From: Nitrospirota bacterium | GTDB taxonomy: Bacteria > Nitrospirota > UBA9217 | Direction of reading: 5' to 3' | Length of the DNA stretch: 64,000 nt | Assembly (NCBI GenBank): GCA_963790205.1 | Contig: CAWBNQ010000005.1 | Coordinates: 128,001 to 192,000, forward strand | In this document: positions 38,800 to 49,491 of the stretch, piece by piece | How the letters are laid out: each line of letters starts with the position of its first letter | Position numbering within the stretch: position 1 is the first letter of the stretch | Translations under genes and position numbers: made by a program | The notes under the pieces: model-generated | Database searches by the model: none | The model's input: only the letters and a program-made list of their open reading frames with translations | What the model was told of the DNA's origin: nothing

Positions 38800-39534
38800 T
38801 TATCCATTGTTTTGTTTTTTCCGGACGATGACGAGATAGAGCCATGTCCATTGAGTGCTGTTAGGATTGAACTTCATGTCTATCCTGTCCGCTATGGGGA
38901 AAACGATGTTATTGGCTACGATCAGTAATCGGGCCAAGATCGATAAGATACCGCCCATCACGGACTTTATATAGTAGCTCCATTCGCTGCCGAACGTGAG
39001 CCAAAAGCCGGAAAGCGGTACAATTTCGACTATTTCAAAACCCGCTTCTTTAAAAAGATGCTCCAGCCCATATTTCGTATACCGATAAAAATCCCGGGGC
39101 TCTTCATGGAGATGCCAGAAAAGGGGTACGGTGTACAGCGCATGTCCGTTCGGCTTTAAAACGCGGAATGATTCCTTCAAGGCAAGCAGCGGCTGTTCAA
39201 GGTGTTCCAAAACCGCCGTGCATAAAATGGAATCGAATGAATTGTCAGGCACAGGCATGTCATACGCCGTTCCTATGATGTCCACGGTGCTCAGATTATG
39301 CAGTGAATCCTTATGATCAAGGCCGACATATTCCTCCACGCAGTCGCCAAGCAAGAACTTTTTTTTCTTTTCGCCGCAACCGATATCCAGCAATCGTCCA
39401 TTGAGATAACGGCCGGCATATTCTCGGATTTTCTGTCCGCCCTTTCGGATTACCATGTAGGCAGGATTACTGATGGGATAATCTCGATAATAACGCGAGC
39501 TGTCAATCTGATTCATGCCGTTATTCGCCTTCAC
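38800..39534 (-). CDS. Class I SAM-dependent methyltransferase
   Basis: Motifs LLDIGCG, VLEH, HEEPRDFYRYT. Alternative start at 39516. Confidence 0.8.
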   Translation of the reverse strand: MKANNGMNQIDSSRYYRDYPISNPAYMVIRKGGQKIREYAGRYLNGRLLDIGCGEKKKKFLLGDCVEEYVGLDHKDSLHNLSTVDIIGTAYDMPVPDNSFDSILCTAVLEHLEQPLLALKESFRVLKPNGHALYTVPLFWHLHEEPRDFYRYTKYGLEHLFKEAGFEIVEIVPLSGFWLTFGSEWSYYIKSVMGGILSILARLLIVANNIVFPIADRIDMKFNPNSTQWTWLYLVIVRKKQNNG

Positions 39535-40225
39535 CCGATTCGCACAGATAGGGTCTTTTAAAAATCGTAATCGCGGGGTCGCCCTTCGCTATGACGTTGT
39601 CCTCGACCCGGCCTCGTACTCTCACAACGCTGCCTGGCGCAACCCAGGAATCCTTCCCGATCGTTGCTCCGGGGAGGACGATGACATTCGACGCGATACC
39701 CGCTCCGTCCTTTAGCTCCACGAAACCCTGGACAATGCATTGTTCTTCCGGCAGCGCTCCCTGAGAATACTTGTAAATTCGATTTTTATCCTTCCCTTTG
39801 TAATGAAAGGACTCTGATAATACGATGGCTCCCGGACCTATGCCGCATTTTTCACCGATCTTTACGCCGCCATATCCAAGGATGACCGCGCCGAAGGCGA
39901 TCCTCGAATGATCGCCGAGGATCACCAGACCTTTTTCATGCGGAGCCGTCGGCGTAAGCTCTATCACGTCTCTTTTTTCTTCACCCCGGCTCCTGCCGGT
40001 ATGAAGGATCACATTCTCTCTGATCATGACATTGTCACCGGCGATCACCGTGGACGGGTCCGAGATGTGAACGTTAGTGCCGATCCACAGATCGTGGCCG
40101 CAGGAACGAAATCTTTTAGAGTAATAAGACCGCCTCAGAAGGGCGCCTGTTTCTCCCGGTAAATATAAGATAAATAACTGGCGGATATCCACAAGGACAT
40201 GGAAAAGGAACCTGAGCAATTTCAT
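39521..40225 (-). CDS. Hexapeptide-repeat (LbH) acyltransferase
   Basis: Hexapeptide repeats such as GGVKIGEKCGIGPGAIV, VLPGATIG and GDPA. Confidence 0.82.
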   Translation of the reverse strand: MKLLRFLFHVLVDIRQLFILYLPGETGALLRRSYYSKRFRSCGHDLWIGTNVHISDPSTVIAGDNVMIRENVILHTGRSRGEEKRDVIELTPTAPHEKGLVILGDHSRIAFGAVILGYGGVKIGEKCGIGPGAIVLSESFHYKGKDKNRIYKYSQGALPEEQCIVQGFVELKDGAGIASNVIVLPGATIGKDSWVAPGSVVRVRGRVEDNVIAKGDPAITIFKRPYLCESGEGE

Positions 40226-40461
40226 CGTGCACCGTTCTTTTCATTGATGTAATCGACGATCTTGTCGATCGTTTCCAGTCTTGCAATATCCTCGTCGGGG
40301 ATCTTGATCTTGAAATTTTCCTCGATTTCGAGCAGGATCCCCGACAAGTCCAAAGAGTCTATCCCGAGTTCTCGTAACGGTTTACCGTGATCACCTTCGT
40401 TTACTTCTGCGGAAGTGGTGACCGATTTAATGATTGTTACTATCTCAGCTCTTTGAACCAT
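40222..40461 (-). CDS. Acyl carrier protein
   Basis: 79 aa, acidic. GIDSLD phosphopantetheine Ser motif and FKIKIPDED. Confidence 0.88.
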   Translation of the reverse strand: MVQRAEIVTIIKSVTTSAEVNEGDHGKPLRELGIDSLDLSGILLEIEENFKIKIPDEDIARLETIDKIVDYINEKNGAR

Positions 40462-41410
40462 CTGTTTCTCCTTTTGTTGAACGCTGCATCAGACATGATG
40501 CCCAGGACAATCCGACGCCGAATCCGCATAAAACCATATTCCGAAGATTGTCATTCCCCAGATTGTTTTCAAGGAGCATCGGAATTGAGGATGACACCGC
40601 ATTTCCGTGCTGTGCAAGATTACTGGGCATCTTCCCGGGACCAACATTCATGCGTTTTTGCAAGGTATCAAGTATGTATTTGCTCCCCTGATGAAAAATA
40701 AAAAGATCTATCTGCTCGGGCTTGAGCTTTGCCGCATGCAGCAATTCCGAGACCTGGGGCGGCACACGGGTTGCGGAAAAGTTGAATACGGCCCGACCGT
40801 TCATGACAAGCCTGTTATTTTGTATCTGCAGTGCACTGCCTTCACTCCCGAGGGTCCCGAATAAAAATTTGGTTGGTAACCAGCCGGGAGAGGCCGCATC
40901 GTCTGTAGCCATGTAGGTAACTGTCGCAGCGTCCCCAAAAAGCAGGACGGTATTTTTGTCATCAGGATCGATAATCGATGAATAAGGATCGGCAGTAAAA
41001 AAGAGCCCCCGTTTCAAACCATTCAGCTCCATGAACGATTTCACGATCGAAAGTCCGTAAACATACCCGGAACAACCGAGGGAAATATCGAACGCCGCAC
41101 ATTTCTCCGACGCTTTAAGCTTGCCGTGCACGATCGCCGAAGTATGGGGGATGCCGCCCCCGTCAGGATTCTGGGTGCACACCACCAGGCAATCAACGTC
41201 ATCGGCAGATATCCGTATTTTATCCTGGAGCGCCTGGAAAGCCTTGACGCACATATCGGATACAGTTTCATCAGGCGCTTTTCGTGATACGCTCAGTACG
41301 CCTATTTTGTTGATGATGAAATCGTCATCGATTTCGAACCGTTCCTTCTTGTCGAAATTCGATTCGTGCCGTTCAGGAACGTAACTTGCTATATGTTTGA
41401 TGCTGATCAT
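40445..41410 (-). CDS. KAS III (FabH-like) ketoacyl-ACP synthase
   Basis: Cys-His-Asn triad motifs DISLGCSG, FHQGS and GNAVSSS; also FGDAA and GFGVGLSW. Confidence 0.9.
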   Translation of the reverse strand: MISIKHIASYVPERHESNFDKKERFEIDDDFIINKIGVLSVSRKAPDETVSDMCVKAFQALQDKIRISADDVDCLVVCTQNPDGGGIPHTSAIVHGKLKASEKCAAFDISLGCSGYVYGLSIVKSFMELNGLKRGLFFTADPYSSIIDPDDKNTVLLFGDAATVTYMATDDAASPGWLPTKFLFGTLGSEGSALQIQNNRLVMNGRAVFNFSATRVPPQVSELLHAAKLKPEQIDLFIFHQGSKYILDTLQKRMNVGPGKMPSNLAQHGNAVSSSIPMLLENNLGNDNLRNMVLCGFGVGLSWASCLMQRSTKGETDGSKS

Positions 41411-42021
41411 TGCGCTAGTAGAGAAAAATAGATGTGACCGATCACATCTTCATCCGAGAGCAGACTGGACTTCGTGAGCCGGTTATTGAAGTTATGCTCA
41501 AGCCTGATACGCAGGCTGCAGGCATCCGGTGCCTGTAGCAATCGTTTCAGTTCCAATCTGGTAAATAGCCACTTGGCCTTTGTCGGACACATTGCATAAT
41601 GCATTTTCTTGGTCATCGCCACGGCGACTTCGACCGGCGAATACCCTGTATCTTCATAAATGGCGATCTCGTTCCTGGCCTCATTCAGTGCGCTCTTGCC
41701 TTCGATGCGCTCTTCCGCATACTCATAACGGCAGGCAACGTTGCGGTCTGTTTCACACATCCAGCCAGCTATCGTGCCCTGGCCCGTTGAAAACGTGAAC
41801 TCGGCCCACGGGAGTTCCGGCTTCTCAATGCTTTCGCCGACCGCACCCAACAAGATATCGCATTCATGTGTCACAAGCCGATGGATAACGATGCGCGTCG
41901 GCGCTTGTACAGGCAGGCCGGATAGTTTCGGCACCTGCTCACACAAGGCATTGTAAAGATCAGTACCATGCAGGTAGGTTCGTGAACCTTTAAAGCACAT
42001 GGGAATGGGGACTCGTTGCAT
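41407..42021 (-). CDS. Hypothetical protein coupled to KAS III
   Basis: 204-aa ORF between the aminotransferase and KAS III, with an ATGA overlap. N-terminal FKGSRTYLHGTD. Confidence 0.7.
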   Translation of the reverse strand: MQRVPIPMCFKGSRTYLHGTDLYNALCEQVPKLSGLPVQAPTRIVIHRLVTHECDILLGAVGESIEKPELPWAEFTFSTGQGTIAGWMCETDRNVACRYEYAEERIEGKSALNEARNEIAIYEDTGYSPVEVAVAMTKKMHYAMCPTKAKWLFTRLELKRLLQAPDACSLRIRLEHNFNNRLTKSSLLSDEDVIGHIYFSLLAQ

Positions 42022-42025
42022 GTTT

Positions 42026-43186
42026 TCACCTTTTCCCGGACGTCAGGGCATGATGAACCGTGTCTATTACGTCTTCCACATCCTTCTCCGTCAGTTTCGC
42101 GGATATCGGCAGGCTTACCGTTCTCCTCCCGATGCCCATTGCGTGAGGATAGTCCTCAGGCTTCCATCCGAAGGTCTGTTGATAGTACGGGTGCTCGGGA
42201 ATGCTCAGGTAGTGGACGCCGATGCCGATGTTTTCTTTGGTCATGGCATTTAAAAAAGCGTCACGGCTTATGTTGGTCTTTCGTTCATCGATCATGATCG
42301 TGTACAGGTGGTAGGCGTGCCGGGTGTTCGGTTCTGGACCGGCCGGCAGGCCGATCGGCAGATCTGCAAAGGCTTCATTGTACTGTTTCCATACCTCCTG
42401 CCGCCGCTGCCAGTACTGGTCTATGCGCTTCAGTTGATGTATGCCGATGGCCGCCTGGATGTCCATCATGTTGTACTTGAACCCGCACTCAACAACCTGA
42501 TAATGCTTGTAGCCTTCGTCGCTGAACCGTTTCCAGGCGTCCTTGCTCATGCCGTGCAGACCGAGTACCTTGATCCGTGCTATATCTTCTTCGCGTCGGG
42601 TGAGCACCATGCCACCCTCGCCGGTGACGATGTTTTTCGTGACATAGAACGAGAAGCAGCCAAAGTCGCCGAAGGTGCCAGCTTTCCCGCCCTTATATTC
42701 CGTTTCGATGGCATGGGCGCAGTCCTCGATGACCTTGAGATCATGGCGCTTTGCGATGTCCATGATCGCGTCCATATCGCAGGGTCGGCCGGCAAAATGG
42801 ACCGGCAAAATTGCACGGGTCTTCTTCGTGATCTTTTTCTCGATCTGGTGCGGATCGATATTCATGGTGACCAGGTCGATGTCGGCAAGCACAGGTACGG
42901 CATCGGCATGAATCACGGCATTCACCGTGGCGCAGAAGGTCATGGGAGTGGTGATTACTTCATCGCCCGGTTTGAGACCGGCCGCTAGAATGCTGAGATG
43001 GAGCGCAGCGGTACACGAGTTGAGGGCAGCGGCATATTTTGCCCCTTTGTAGGCCGCAAAATCGCGTTCGAACTGGGCGACTTTGGGGCCGGTGCCGAGC
43101 CATCCGCTTTTCATGCTGTCGATAACTTCGTCAATTTCTGCGTCTTCTATTTTGGGAGCACCAAATATCAGAAAAGGATCTCTCAT
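42026..43186 (-). CDS. DegT/DnrJ-family aminotransferase (ArnB/SpsC-like)
   Basis: Motifs SGWLGTGP, SCTAALH, IEDCAH, SFYVTKNIVTGEGG and GFKYNM. Confidence 0.9.
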   Translation of the reverse strand: MRDPFLIFGAPKIEDAEIDEVIDSMKSGWLGTGPKVAQFERDFAAYKGAKYAAALNSCTAALHLSILAAGLKPGDEVITTPMTFCATVNAVIHADAVPVLADIDLVTMNIDPHQIEKKITKKTRAILPVHFAGRPCDMDAIMDIAKRHDLKVIEDCAHAIETEYKGGKAGTFGDFGCFSFYVTKNIVTGEGGMVLTRREEDIARIKVLGLHGMSKDAWKRFSDEGYKHYQVVECGFKYNMMDIQAAIGIHQLKRIDQYWQRRQEVWKQYNEAFADLPIGLPAGPEPNTRHAYHLYTIMIDERKTNISRDAFLNAMTKENIGIGVHYLSIPEHPYYQQTFGWKPEDYPHAMGIGRRTVSLPISAKLTEKDVEDVIDTVHHALTSGKR

Positions 43187-43236
43187 CGAACGAATTGTCC
43201 TCTTTCACGAAAAATGTTCAAAAAACAGGGTTTGCT

Positions 43237-44208
43237 TCAATGCTGGTTTTTATAGGCGGCATATGTTGATATGATTCCCTCGTTCAAGCTGGTCGTCGGC
43301 TTCCAGCCAAGAGAAAGAATCTTTGATATATTAAGAAGTTTTTTCGGCGTCCCATCCGGTTTGGTCCTGTCGTTGATAATTTCTCCGTCGAAACCCACGA
43401 TCCCCTTTACCAGTTCGGCCAGGTCTTTTATCCTGATGTCCTGCCCCGTCCCTATGTTGATGAATTCGCCGACGTCCCGGTAATCATACTTTTCCATCAG
43501 GAATACGCAAGCCTCCGCGAGGTCGTCAACGTACAGAAATTCACGATAGGATTCGCCGGTGCCCCAGAGCACAACAGGCTGAGCTGAACTCTCAGCCTTA
43601 ACCCCGGCCTCGACCTGTTCCATCCTCAGCTTTGCTTCATGGAACTTCCTGATCAGCGCGGGAAGAACATGCGAGGTCTCAAGATCGAAATTGTCTTCGG
43701 GCCCGTAAAGGTTGGTCGGCATAACCGATATATAATTCGTCCCGTACTGTTCGTTGTAATATCTGCAAAGCTTGATCGCTGCGATCTTTGCGATCGCATA
43801 GGGCTCATTGGTCGGTTCGAGAAGACCGGACAACAAGTGTTCTTCCTTCATCGGCTGCGGCGCGAACTTCGGGTAGATGCACGATGAGCCGAGGTTCAGA
43901 AGTTTTTTAGCGCCGGTCTTGTACGCAGCATTGATCACATTGGCCGCGATCATGAGGTTGTCGTAAATGAATTGCGCTTTATACGTGTCGTTCGCGAGGA
44001 TGCCTCCCACTTTGGCGGCCGCCAGGAATACATATTCCGGCTTTTCATGAGCGAAGAACGCTTCGACGTCAGCCTGGCGACGAAGGTCCAGTTCCTTGGA
44101 AGTTTTTACAACCAGGTTGCGGTAACCGTTTTCTTGAAGTTTCCTAACGAGGGAGGAGCCGACAAGACCGCGATGACCGGCAATGTAAATTTTGGAATCC
44201 TTGTTCAT
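43237..44208 (-). CDS. fcl: GDP-L-fucose synthase family epimerase/reductase
   Basis: Motifs [27 protein letters not shown] and SHVLPA. Start at 44208 (ATGA overlap). Confidence 0.9.
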   Translation of the reverse strand: MNKDSKIYIAGHRGLVGSSLVRKLQENGYRNLVVKTSKELDLRRQADVEAFFAHEKPEYVFLAAAKVGGILANDTYKAQFIYDNLMIAANVINAAYKTGAKKLLNLGSSCIYPKFAPQPMKEEHLLSGLLEPTNEPYAIAKIAAIKLCRYYNEQYGTNYISVMPTNLYGPEDNFDLETSHVLPALIRKFHEAKLRMEQVEAGVKAESSAQPVVLWGTGESYREFLYVDDLAEACVFLMEKYDYRDVGEFINIGTGQDIRIKDLAELVKGIVGFDGEIINDRTKPDGTPKKLLNISKILSLGWKPTTSLNEGIISTYAAYKNQH

Positions 44209-45338
44209 ATTTGTTTGTTCTTGGTCCAATGGATGCCTTTATCATGGAGGATTTTTTTGCTTTCTCCGGGACATGCATGATTGATAATTTCCAGATCGGC
44301 ATCCACCATGATCTTCACGAGTTCCTTGAACGTGATCTTCGGCACCCAGCCCAGCTTTTTCTTTGCATGGGAGGCGTCGGCGAGAAGAAAATCCACTTCC
44401 GTGGGACGGAAATACCGGGGGTCGATCTCGATGAGGACGGAACCTGGTTTTAAGGTTGAGGATGAGGGTAAGGATGAGGATAGGGAACGAACGATCCCCT
44501 TTTCCGCCGTGCCCTTCCCTTTCCACTCGAGCTCAACGCCGGCATAGCTGAAAGCGGACTCCACGAATTCCCGCACCGTGTGGCTTTCTCCGGTCCCGAT
44601 CACAAAATCCTCGGGCTTATCCTGCTGGAGCATGAGCCACTGGCACTCCACATATTCAGGCGCAAAGCCCCAGTCCCTCTTTGCGTCCAGGTTGCCGAGG
44701 TAGAGCTTCTCCTGTTTGCCGGCGAGGATGGCTGCCACGGCCCTCGTGATCTTTCTGGTCACGAAGGTTTCTCCGCGGCGGGGCGATTCGTGGTTGAAGA
44801 GTATCCCGTTGCAGGCGAAGAGATTATACCCTTCGCGGTAGTTGACGGTGATCCAGTAGGCGTATACCTTTGCCGCGGCGTAAGGGCTGCGGGGGTAGAA
44901 GACGGTATGTTCGTTTTGCGGCGGCTTTGCCGCCCCGAACATCTCGGATGACGACGCCTGGTAGTATTTCGCCTTGGTACCGCTCAGGCGGATGCTTTCG
45001 AGGAGCCTTGTGGCGCCGAGACCGACGATGTCTCCCGTGTACTCGGGCATGTCGAAGCTCACGCGGACGTGGCTTTGGGCAGCGAGGTTGTAGACTTCAT
45101 CGGGTTTGATATTATAGATGATGTGGGTAAGCTGCCCGCCGTCGGAAAGGTCCCCGTAGTGCAAAAAAAGTTTTGTGCCGCGAACATGGGGGTCCGTATA
45201 AACGTGGTCTATTCTTCCCGTATTGAAGGTGCTCGCGCGGCGTATGAGTCCGTGGACTTCGTATCCCTTGGATAAAAGCAACTCGGCAAGATATGAGCCG
45301 TCTTGGCCGGTGATTCCCGTGATAAGAGCTCGTTTCAA
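44205..45338 (-). CDS. gmd: GDP-mannose 4,6-dehydratase
   Basis: Start re-called to TTG 45338 (GGAGG SD). Motifs [25 protein letters not shown] and YAAAK. Confidence 0.93.
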   Translation of the reverse strand: MKRALITGITGQDGSYLAELLLSKGYEVHGLIRRASTFNTGRIDHVYTDPHVRGTKLFLHYGDLSDGGQLTHIIYNIKPDEVYNLAAQSHVRVSFDMPEYTGDIVGLGATRLLESIRLSGTKAKYYQASSSEMFGAAKPPQNEHTVFYPRSPYAAAKVYAYWITVNYREGYNLFACNGILFNHESPRRGETFVTRKITRAVAAILAGKQEKLYLGNLDAKRDWGFAPEYVECQWLMLQQDKPEDFVIGTGESHTVREFVESAFSYAGVELEWKGKGTAEKGIVRSLSSSLPSSSTLKPGSVLIEIDPRYFRPTEVDFLLADASHAKKKLGWVPKITFKELVKIMVDADLEIINHACPGESKKILHDKGIHWTKNKQI

Positions 45339-45701
45339 GATATCCTCCCTGCGGCGCAAAATTCAGTTCACGGCAGTCGCCCATGCCCCGGCTTTTCCGT
45401 AAAAACGTCTTTTCTGACGTACTATAAGCGATGAATATTACAGTATTATTTCCAAAAAGTAAAGGTTTTATTGCGCACATTTGCGCTTGCAATTTGACTC
45501 AGGTTGTACTATGCTGATTGCTGTCAGTCTTGGCAGAGGCGCAGCGGCTACGGCTGGATCGTTGCGGCTTAATACTACCCGTCAGCGGCTTAGCTTATAC
45601 GAAGCGCTGAAAAACATCATAAAACTCGTCTTGAAAACAGATAATACGCCTTTTATATCTATATCGCTGGATTTCCGCAACGGTTGGAACAGGGGAGCAC
45701 G

Positions 45702-47150
45702 GTGACCAACAGTTTTAAGGATTTCTCAAAAGTGGTTTTGCTTCTTTTCATCGACGCACTGGCCTTTTACAGTTCCCTGGTTCTCGCTTTTTACTCACGC
45801 GCCTTCCTGAATACGGTCTTCCCGGGCATAATTGCTTTCGACGTTTCCCTGCAATTCTTTCTGAAGATCTGGTGGCTGCCCGCCATCGTCCTGTCCTTTT
45901 TTGCCTCCGAGAGACTGTATAACAAAAAACTCCCTTTCTGGGACGAGACCAGGGAACTCGTGAAAGCGGTAACGATTTCGACGATCACCGTGCTCGCCCT
46001 TATAACGCTCGGAAAAATGACGGACCGGATCTCCCGGTTGACCGTGCTGTTTTTGTGGGGCTACGGCTTGTTCCTGTTCCCTCTTTTCCGGTTGATCGGG
46101 AAACGGATTCTCTACAAATTGGGCCTTTGGAAAGAGAACGTGATCATCATCGGCGCCGGAAGTGCCGGCATTTTAGCGGCCAAAGGAATACATTCCGAGC
46201 TCTTTCTCGGCTACAACCTCATCGGTTTTTTGGACGACGCCGACAACAAAATAGGCACGGAAATAGTGATCAACGGAAAGCCGTACAAGGTCTTCGGGAA
46301 AACGAAAAATTTCACAAAATTCGTCAATCTCCTGAATATATCCACGATCATCATCGCCCTCCCCTCCCTTCCCGTGGACGAGCTGGCTGACCTTACGAAC
46401 AACATTCAGAAGCACGCCAAGAACATCCTGCTCATCCCCGACGTAAAAGGGATCGCGCTTACCAACACCGAACTCTATCACCTGTTCGTGCAGCAGCTTT
46501 TTCTTCTGAAGATCAACAACAACCTCAAGTCCCCTTTCAACAGGCTCATCAAAAGGACCTTCGACATGACCGTCTCGGTCCTTTTCCTGCCCGTGCTCCT
46601 TCCTCTCATCGGAGTGCTTGGGCTCCTTATAAAACTCGATTCTCCCGGCCCGGTCTTTTACCGGCATACGAGAATCGGCCGGGGCGGACAGCCGTTCGGC
46701 GTATACAAGTTTCGCAGCATGTACCGGGACTCCGGGGAACGCCTCGAAAAGATACTCCAAACTGATCCGGCCGCGCGAGCGGAATGGGACGCCTATTTTA
46801 AACTGAAGAATGACCCGCGCGTAACGCGCATGGGCGCCTTTCTGAGAAAGACGTCGCTTGATGAACTCCCGCAGATATTTAATGTGTTGAAAAGCGAGAT
46901 GAGCCTTGTCGGGCCGCGGCCGGTGATCGCAGAGGAAATAACCACGTACTATAAGGAGTGCGCTGATTACTACCACATGGTGCGGCCGGGGATCACCGGC
47001 TTATGGCAGGTGAGCGGCCGCAACGACGTGGATTATGAGAACCGGGTCAGGCTGGACATGTGGTATGCGCTTAACTGGTCCCTGTGGCTCGACGTCCTCA
47101 TGCTGTTTAAAACGATCAGGGTGGTGCTGAAGCGTGAGGGGGCGTATTGA
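45702..47150 (+). CDS. wbaP: Undecaprenyl-phosphate hexose phosphotransferase
   Basis: Four N-terminal TM helices. Motifs [23 protein letters not shown] and [16 protein letters not shown] start after GGGGAG. Confidence 0.88.
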   Translation: MTNSFKDFSKVVLLLFIDALAFYSSLVLAFYSRAFLNTVFPGIIAFDVSLQFFLKIWWLPAIVLSFFASERLYNKKLPFWDETRELVKAVTISTITVLALITLGKMTDRISRLTVLFLWGYGLFLFPLFRLIGKRILYKLGLWKENVIIIGAGSAGILAAKGIHSELFLGYNLIGFLDDADNKIGTEIVINGKPYKVFGKTKNFTKFVNLLNISTIIIALPSLPVDELADLTNNIQKHAKNILLIPDVKGIALTNTELYHLFVQQLFLLKINNNLKSPFNRLIKRTFDMTVSVLFLPVLLPLIGVLGLLIKLDSPGPVFYRHTRIGRGGQPFGVYKFRSMYRDSGERLEKILQTDPAARAEWDAYFKLKNDPRVTRMGAFLRKTSLDELPQIFNVLKSEMSLVGPRPVIAEEITTYYKECADYYHMVRPGITGLWQVSGRNDVDYENRVRLDMWYALNWSLWLDVLMLFKTIRVVLKREGAY

Positions 47151-47385
47151 AAAGCGGGAAATTGGGAAGATATGAAGTTTTGATGAACTCGCAGTAAGTC
47201 AAGACTGGCCACAAAATGCACAAAGAGCACAAAGGTAAAACCTTGAAACCCCAAAGAACTTTTCTGAGCCTTTTGTGACTTTTGTGGCTAAAAAAGACTT
47301 TTTACGAATCTATCAAGTTTTGAAGACGGGAACTTGGAAACCGGGAGCGGGTTCCCATCTTCTCATCTTCACAATTTCACATTTT
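47151..47385. repeat. Octamer tandem-repeat inverted element, interrupted by a MITE
   Basis: Forward units aaagcggg, aaattggg, aagatatg, aagttttg, aagacggg, aacttgga, aaccggga. Inverted units cccatctt, ctcatctt, cacaattt, cacatttt. Confidence 0.7.
47182..47314. mobile_element. 133-bp MITE with a 7-bp target duplication and an internal nonamer hairpin
   Basis: Imperfect terminal inverted repeats GATGAACTCGCAGTAAGTC and GACTTTTTACGAATCTATC. Flanking direct repeat AAGTTTT at 47175-47181 and 47315-47321. Confidence 0.75.
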
Positions 47386-48654
47386 TTCGGTCTTCACGGA
47401 ATTTCTCACACAGACTCCCATCACGAACCCAAACACATATCTCAGTATCTGGATATTAAAGAACGAATCCGTCATTCCCGCAATCATATAGTGCACGACG
47501 GTCGCCGTTGCCAGGAACGCGAAAAGTCTTTCACTCCCGTCGGATTTCAAGAGCGGCACGGAAAACCGCAAAACCCGGTAAAAGACATACAGCAATGCCG
47601 ACAGCCCCACAAGCCCGTTCGTAGCCAGGGTAAAGAGATACATATTGTGCGGCTGGTTGAACTGGGCAAGATACGCCGGGAACTCACCCGAGGCCAGGTA
47701 GCGGTTCATCGTGGAGACATAATCGCCGGTGCCCACGCCGAAGAGCGGATTGCTGAGGAACATCCTGAATGCCGCCTTCCACATGAGGAACCGTTCTCCG
47801 ACATCGGTAGAGGCCTGGCCTGCCAGAAAGAGCGAAATATCGCCTGAAATCCTGTTCACCCTCATATGAACGATCCCGTTGAAAAGGTACAACAGGACGG
47901 CGCCGCCGATGACCGCAGCAAGCAGGATGAAGTATGTTTTTTTCTTTTTGACGCACAGGTAAGCGAGAAGGATCACCGTGATGAGCATGCCGAGCCACGC
48001 CGAACGCGATGCCGAGAGCAGCACCGAGGCCCCGTCGAGGATGACAAACGAGATCAGAAAGGCCTTTTTACGGATGCCGGCCGGCCGGCGCGGGAAAAGC
48101 AGAATGCCCGCCGCAGCATACATGCCCGTTGCGTTCAGATTGGCAAACCAGATGTGATGGAGGTTCAGCAGCGGCGTGATCGAGCGGGCGATCCGGTTGT
48201 CGCCGGCGATTCCCAGGTAGGACGGGACGGCGATGACGTCAAGCGCGAATATGCCGGCAAGAAAGGCCAGCAGCAGGCGTTCGGCAACGCCGGGTTCTCC
48301 CTTCCCGGTCCCGATCCAATCGAGCAGCACGGAAACCATGATATACACAAGGAATAAACCGAACAACTTATTGACGATCCCGACCCCGTCCCGCATGGTT
48401 TCCGTGAACAGCAGGCCTATCACCGCGGCGGACAAAAACAGCGCGAGGGGAAGCAGGAGCGGCTGGCTCCAGCTCTTCACGACGGCCGTTCTGAATTCAC
48501 GTTGATAGATCGCGAGCGCGACGACATACAGCAGCAGGAGAGCGAGGAGGATGTTCGCTGCGCTTTTTGACAGGGCCAGGCTCAGGCTGAACAGCAAAAG
48601 ACCTCCGGCGATCACGACCTGGTTCCTATGCGATTGAAAAGAAATATCCTTCAT
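47377..48654 (-). CDS. waaL: O-antigen ligase family protein
   Basis: About 12 TM helices. Motifs SASRSAWLG, GERFLMW, PLFGVGTG and QPHNMYL. Confidence 0.85.
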   Translation of the reverse strand: MKDISFQSHRNQVVIAGGLLLFSLSLALSKSAANILLALLLLYVVALAIYQREFRTAVVKSWSQPLLLPLALFLSAAVIGLLFTETMRDGVGIVNKLFGLFLVYIMVSVLLDWIGTGKGEPGVAERLLLAFLAGIFALDVIAVPSYLGIAGDNRIARSITPLLNLHHIWFANLNATGMYAAAGILLFPRRPAGIRKKAFLISFVILDGASVLLSASRSAWLGMLITVILLAYLCVKKKKTYFILLAAVIGGAVLLYLFNGIVHMRVNRISGDISLFLAGQASTDVGERFLMWKAAFRMFLSNPLFGVGTGDYVSTMNRYLASGEFPAYLAQFNQPHNMYLFTLATNGLVGLSALLYVFYRVLRFSVPLLKSDGSERLFAFLATATVVHYMIAGMTDSFFNIQILRYVFGFVMGVCVRNSVKTEKM

Positions 48655-48748
48655 TGCTGTTCTCCTGATGCCCTGGGAATCGTTTTTTCACCTTCACCCC
48701 GCCGGAACTCCCCGCCTGGTTCGTATTGCGGCAACCAGGCGCTTCATA

Positions 48749-49429
48749 CTAGAAACAGGTGCCGATGAAATTCCTGCCCCTGTATTTCGCCCGCAGATAT
48801 TCCAGCGAAGCATGAAAATCCCGTGAGGTATCGCCGAAACTCATATGTTTGGCGCCTATTTGCACCGCCCTGGTCCTGACCCCGTAGGTGTACCGCGCAT
48901 TCAGCGAAAAATCCTCCGAATAAAGATGGAAATCAAGATGTTCATCGAACCGCAGTTCGTACCTTTTTATCAGCGACGAGTGGACGATGAGGCAGCAGCA
49001 GTCGACTGTCTCAACGAGCTGCGGCCTGTCAAGACGGATGCCGTGCTGAAAAAAAATATTGTCGTTTCTGGCCTGTTGGATCTGTCCCAGGAGTACTTTT
49101 TTTGAAAAAGAGAGGTTGCCATGTCTGAAATAGATGCCTCTCTTCTTCGCGGCGCCGATGGGGCCGTAGATGCCCGTTCTGTCAAGGTCTCGTATGCGGA
49201 GATAGGGGTCTTCCGAAAACCCGAAATCCTGATGGCAAAAAATCAGCCAGGCGTCGTCGTTCATGTGATGATCGATAAAATGGTTGTACCGTTTCGGGAT
49301 GCCGATGTTCTCGCGGGTGTTGTCGTAAGCCCGGGTCGGGAACCCGTTCATGCACGTGTTCTTCCCGATCATGGACCCGAATATCTCGAAATTGCTCACA
49401 ACGCATATGATCTGGATAGCTTTGTTCAT
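48749..49429 (-). CDS. GT-A-like hypothetical protein
   Basis: Motifs YNHFI, FCHQD, TVDCCCL, FDEHLDFHLYSED. Start re-called to ATG 49429. Confidence 0.6.
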   Translation of the reverse strand: MNKAIQIICVVSNFEIFGSMIGKNTCMNGFPTRAYDNTRENIGIPKRYNHFIDHHMNDDAWLIFCHQDFGFSEDPYLRIRDLDRTGIYGPIGAAKKRGIYFRHGNLSFSKKVLLGQIQQARNDNIFFQHGIRLDRPQLVETVDCCCLIVHSSLIKRYELRFDEHLDFHLYSEDFSLNARYTYGVRTRAVQIGAKHMSFGDTSRDFHASLEYLRAKYRGRNFIGTCF

Positions 49430-49491
49430 GGTCTTACCCGTCCACACGCCGCGATTGCCGGCCCATGCCCCGCTGCAGCGCCGCCTGTCAT

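Noticed and set aside
45535..45608. Lysine-riboswitch-like ends (AGAGGCGC...GAAGCGCT) and a JUMPStart/ops-like string on the minus strand
   Set aside because: Too short for a lysine riboswitch and in the wrong gene context. No exact GGCGGTAG ops core.
47151..47385. CRISPR array (also considered at 60210-60339 and the TPR DNA repeats)
   Set aside because: No constant 23-47 bp repeat with unique spacers, and no cas genes.
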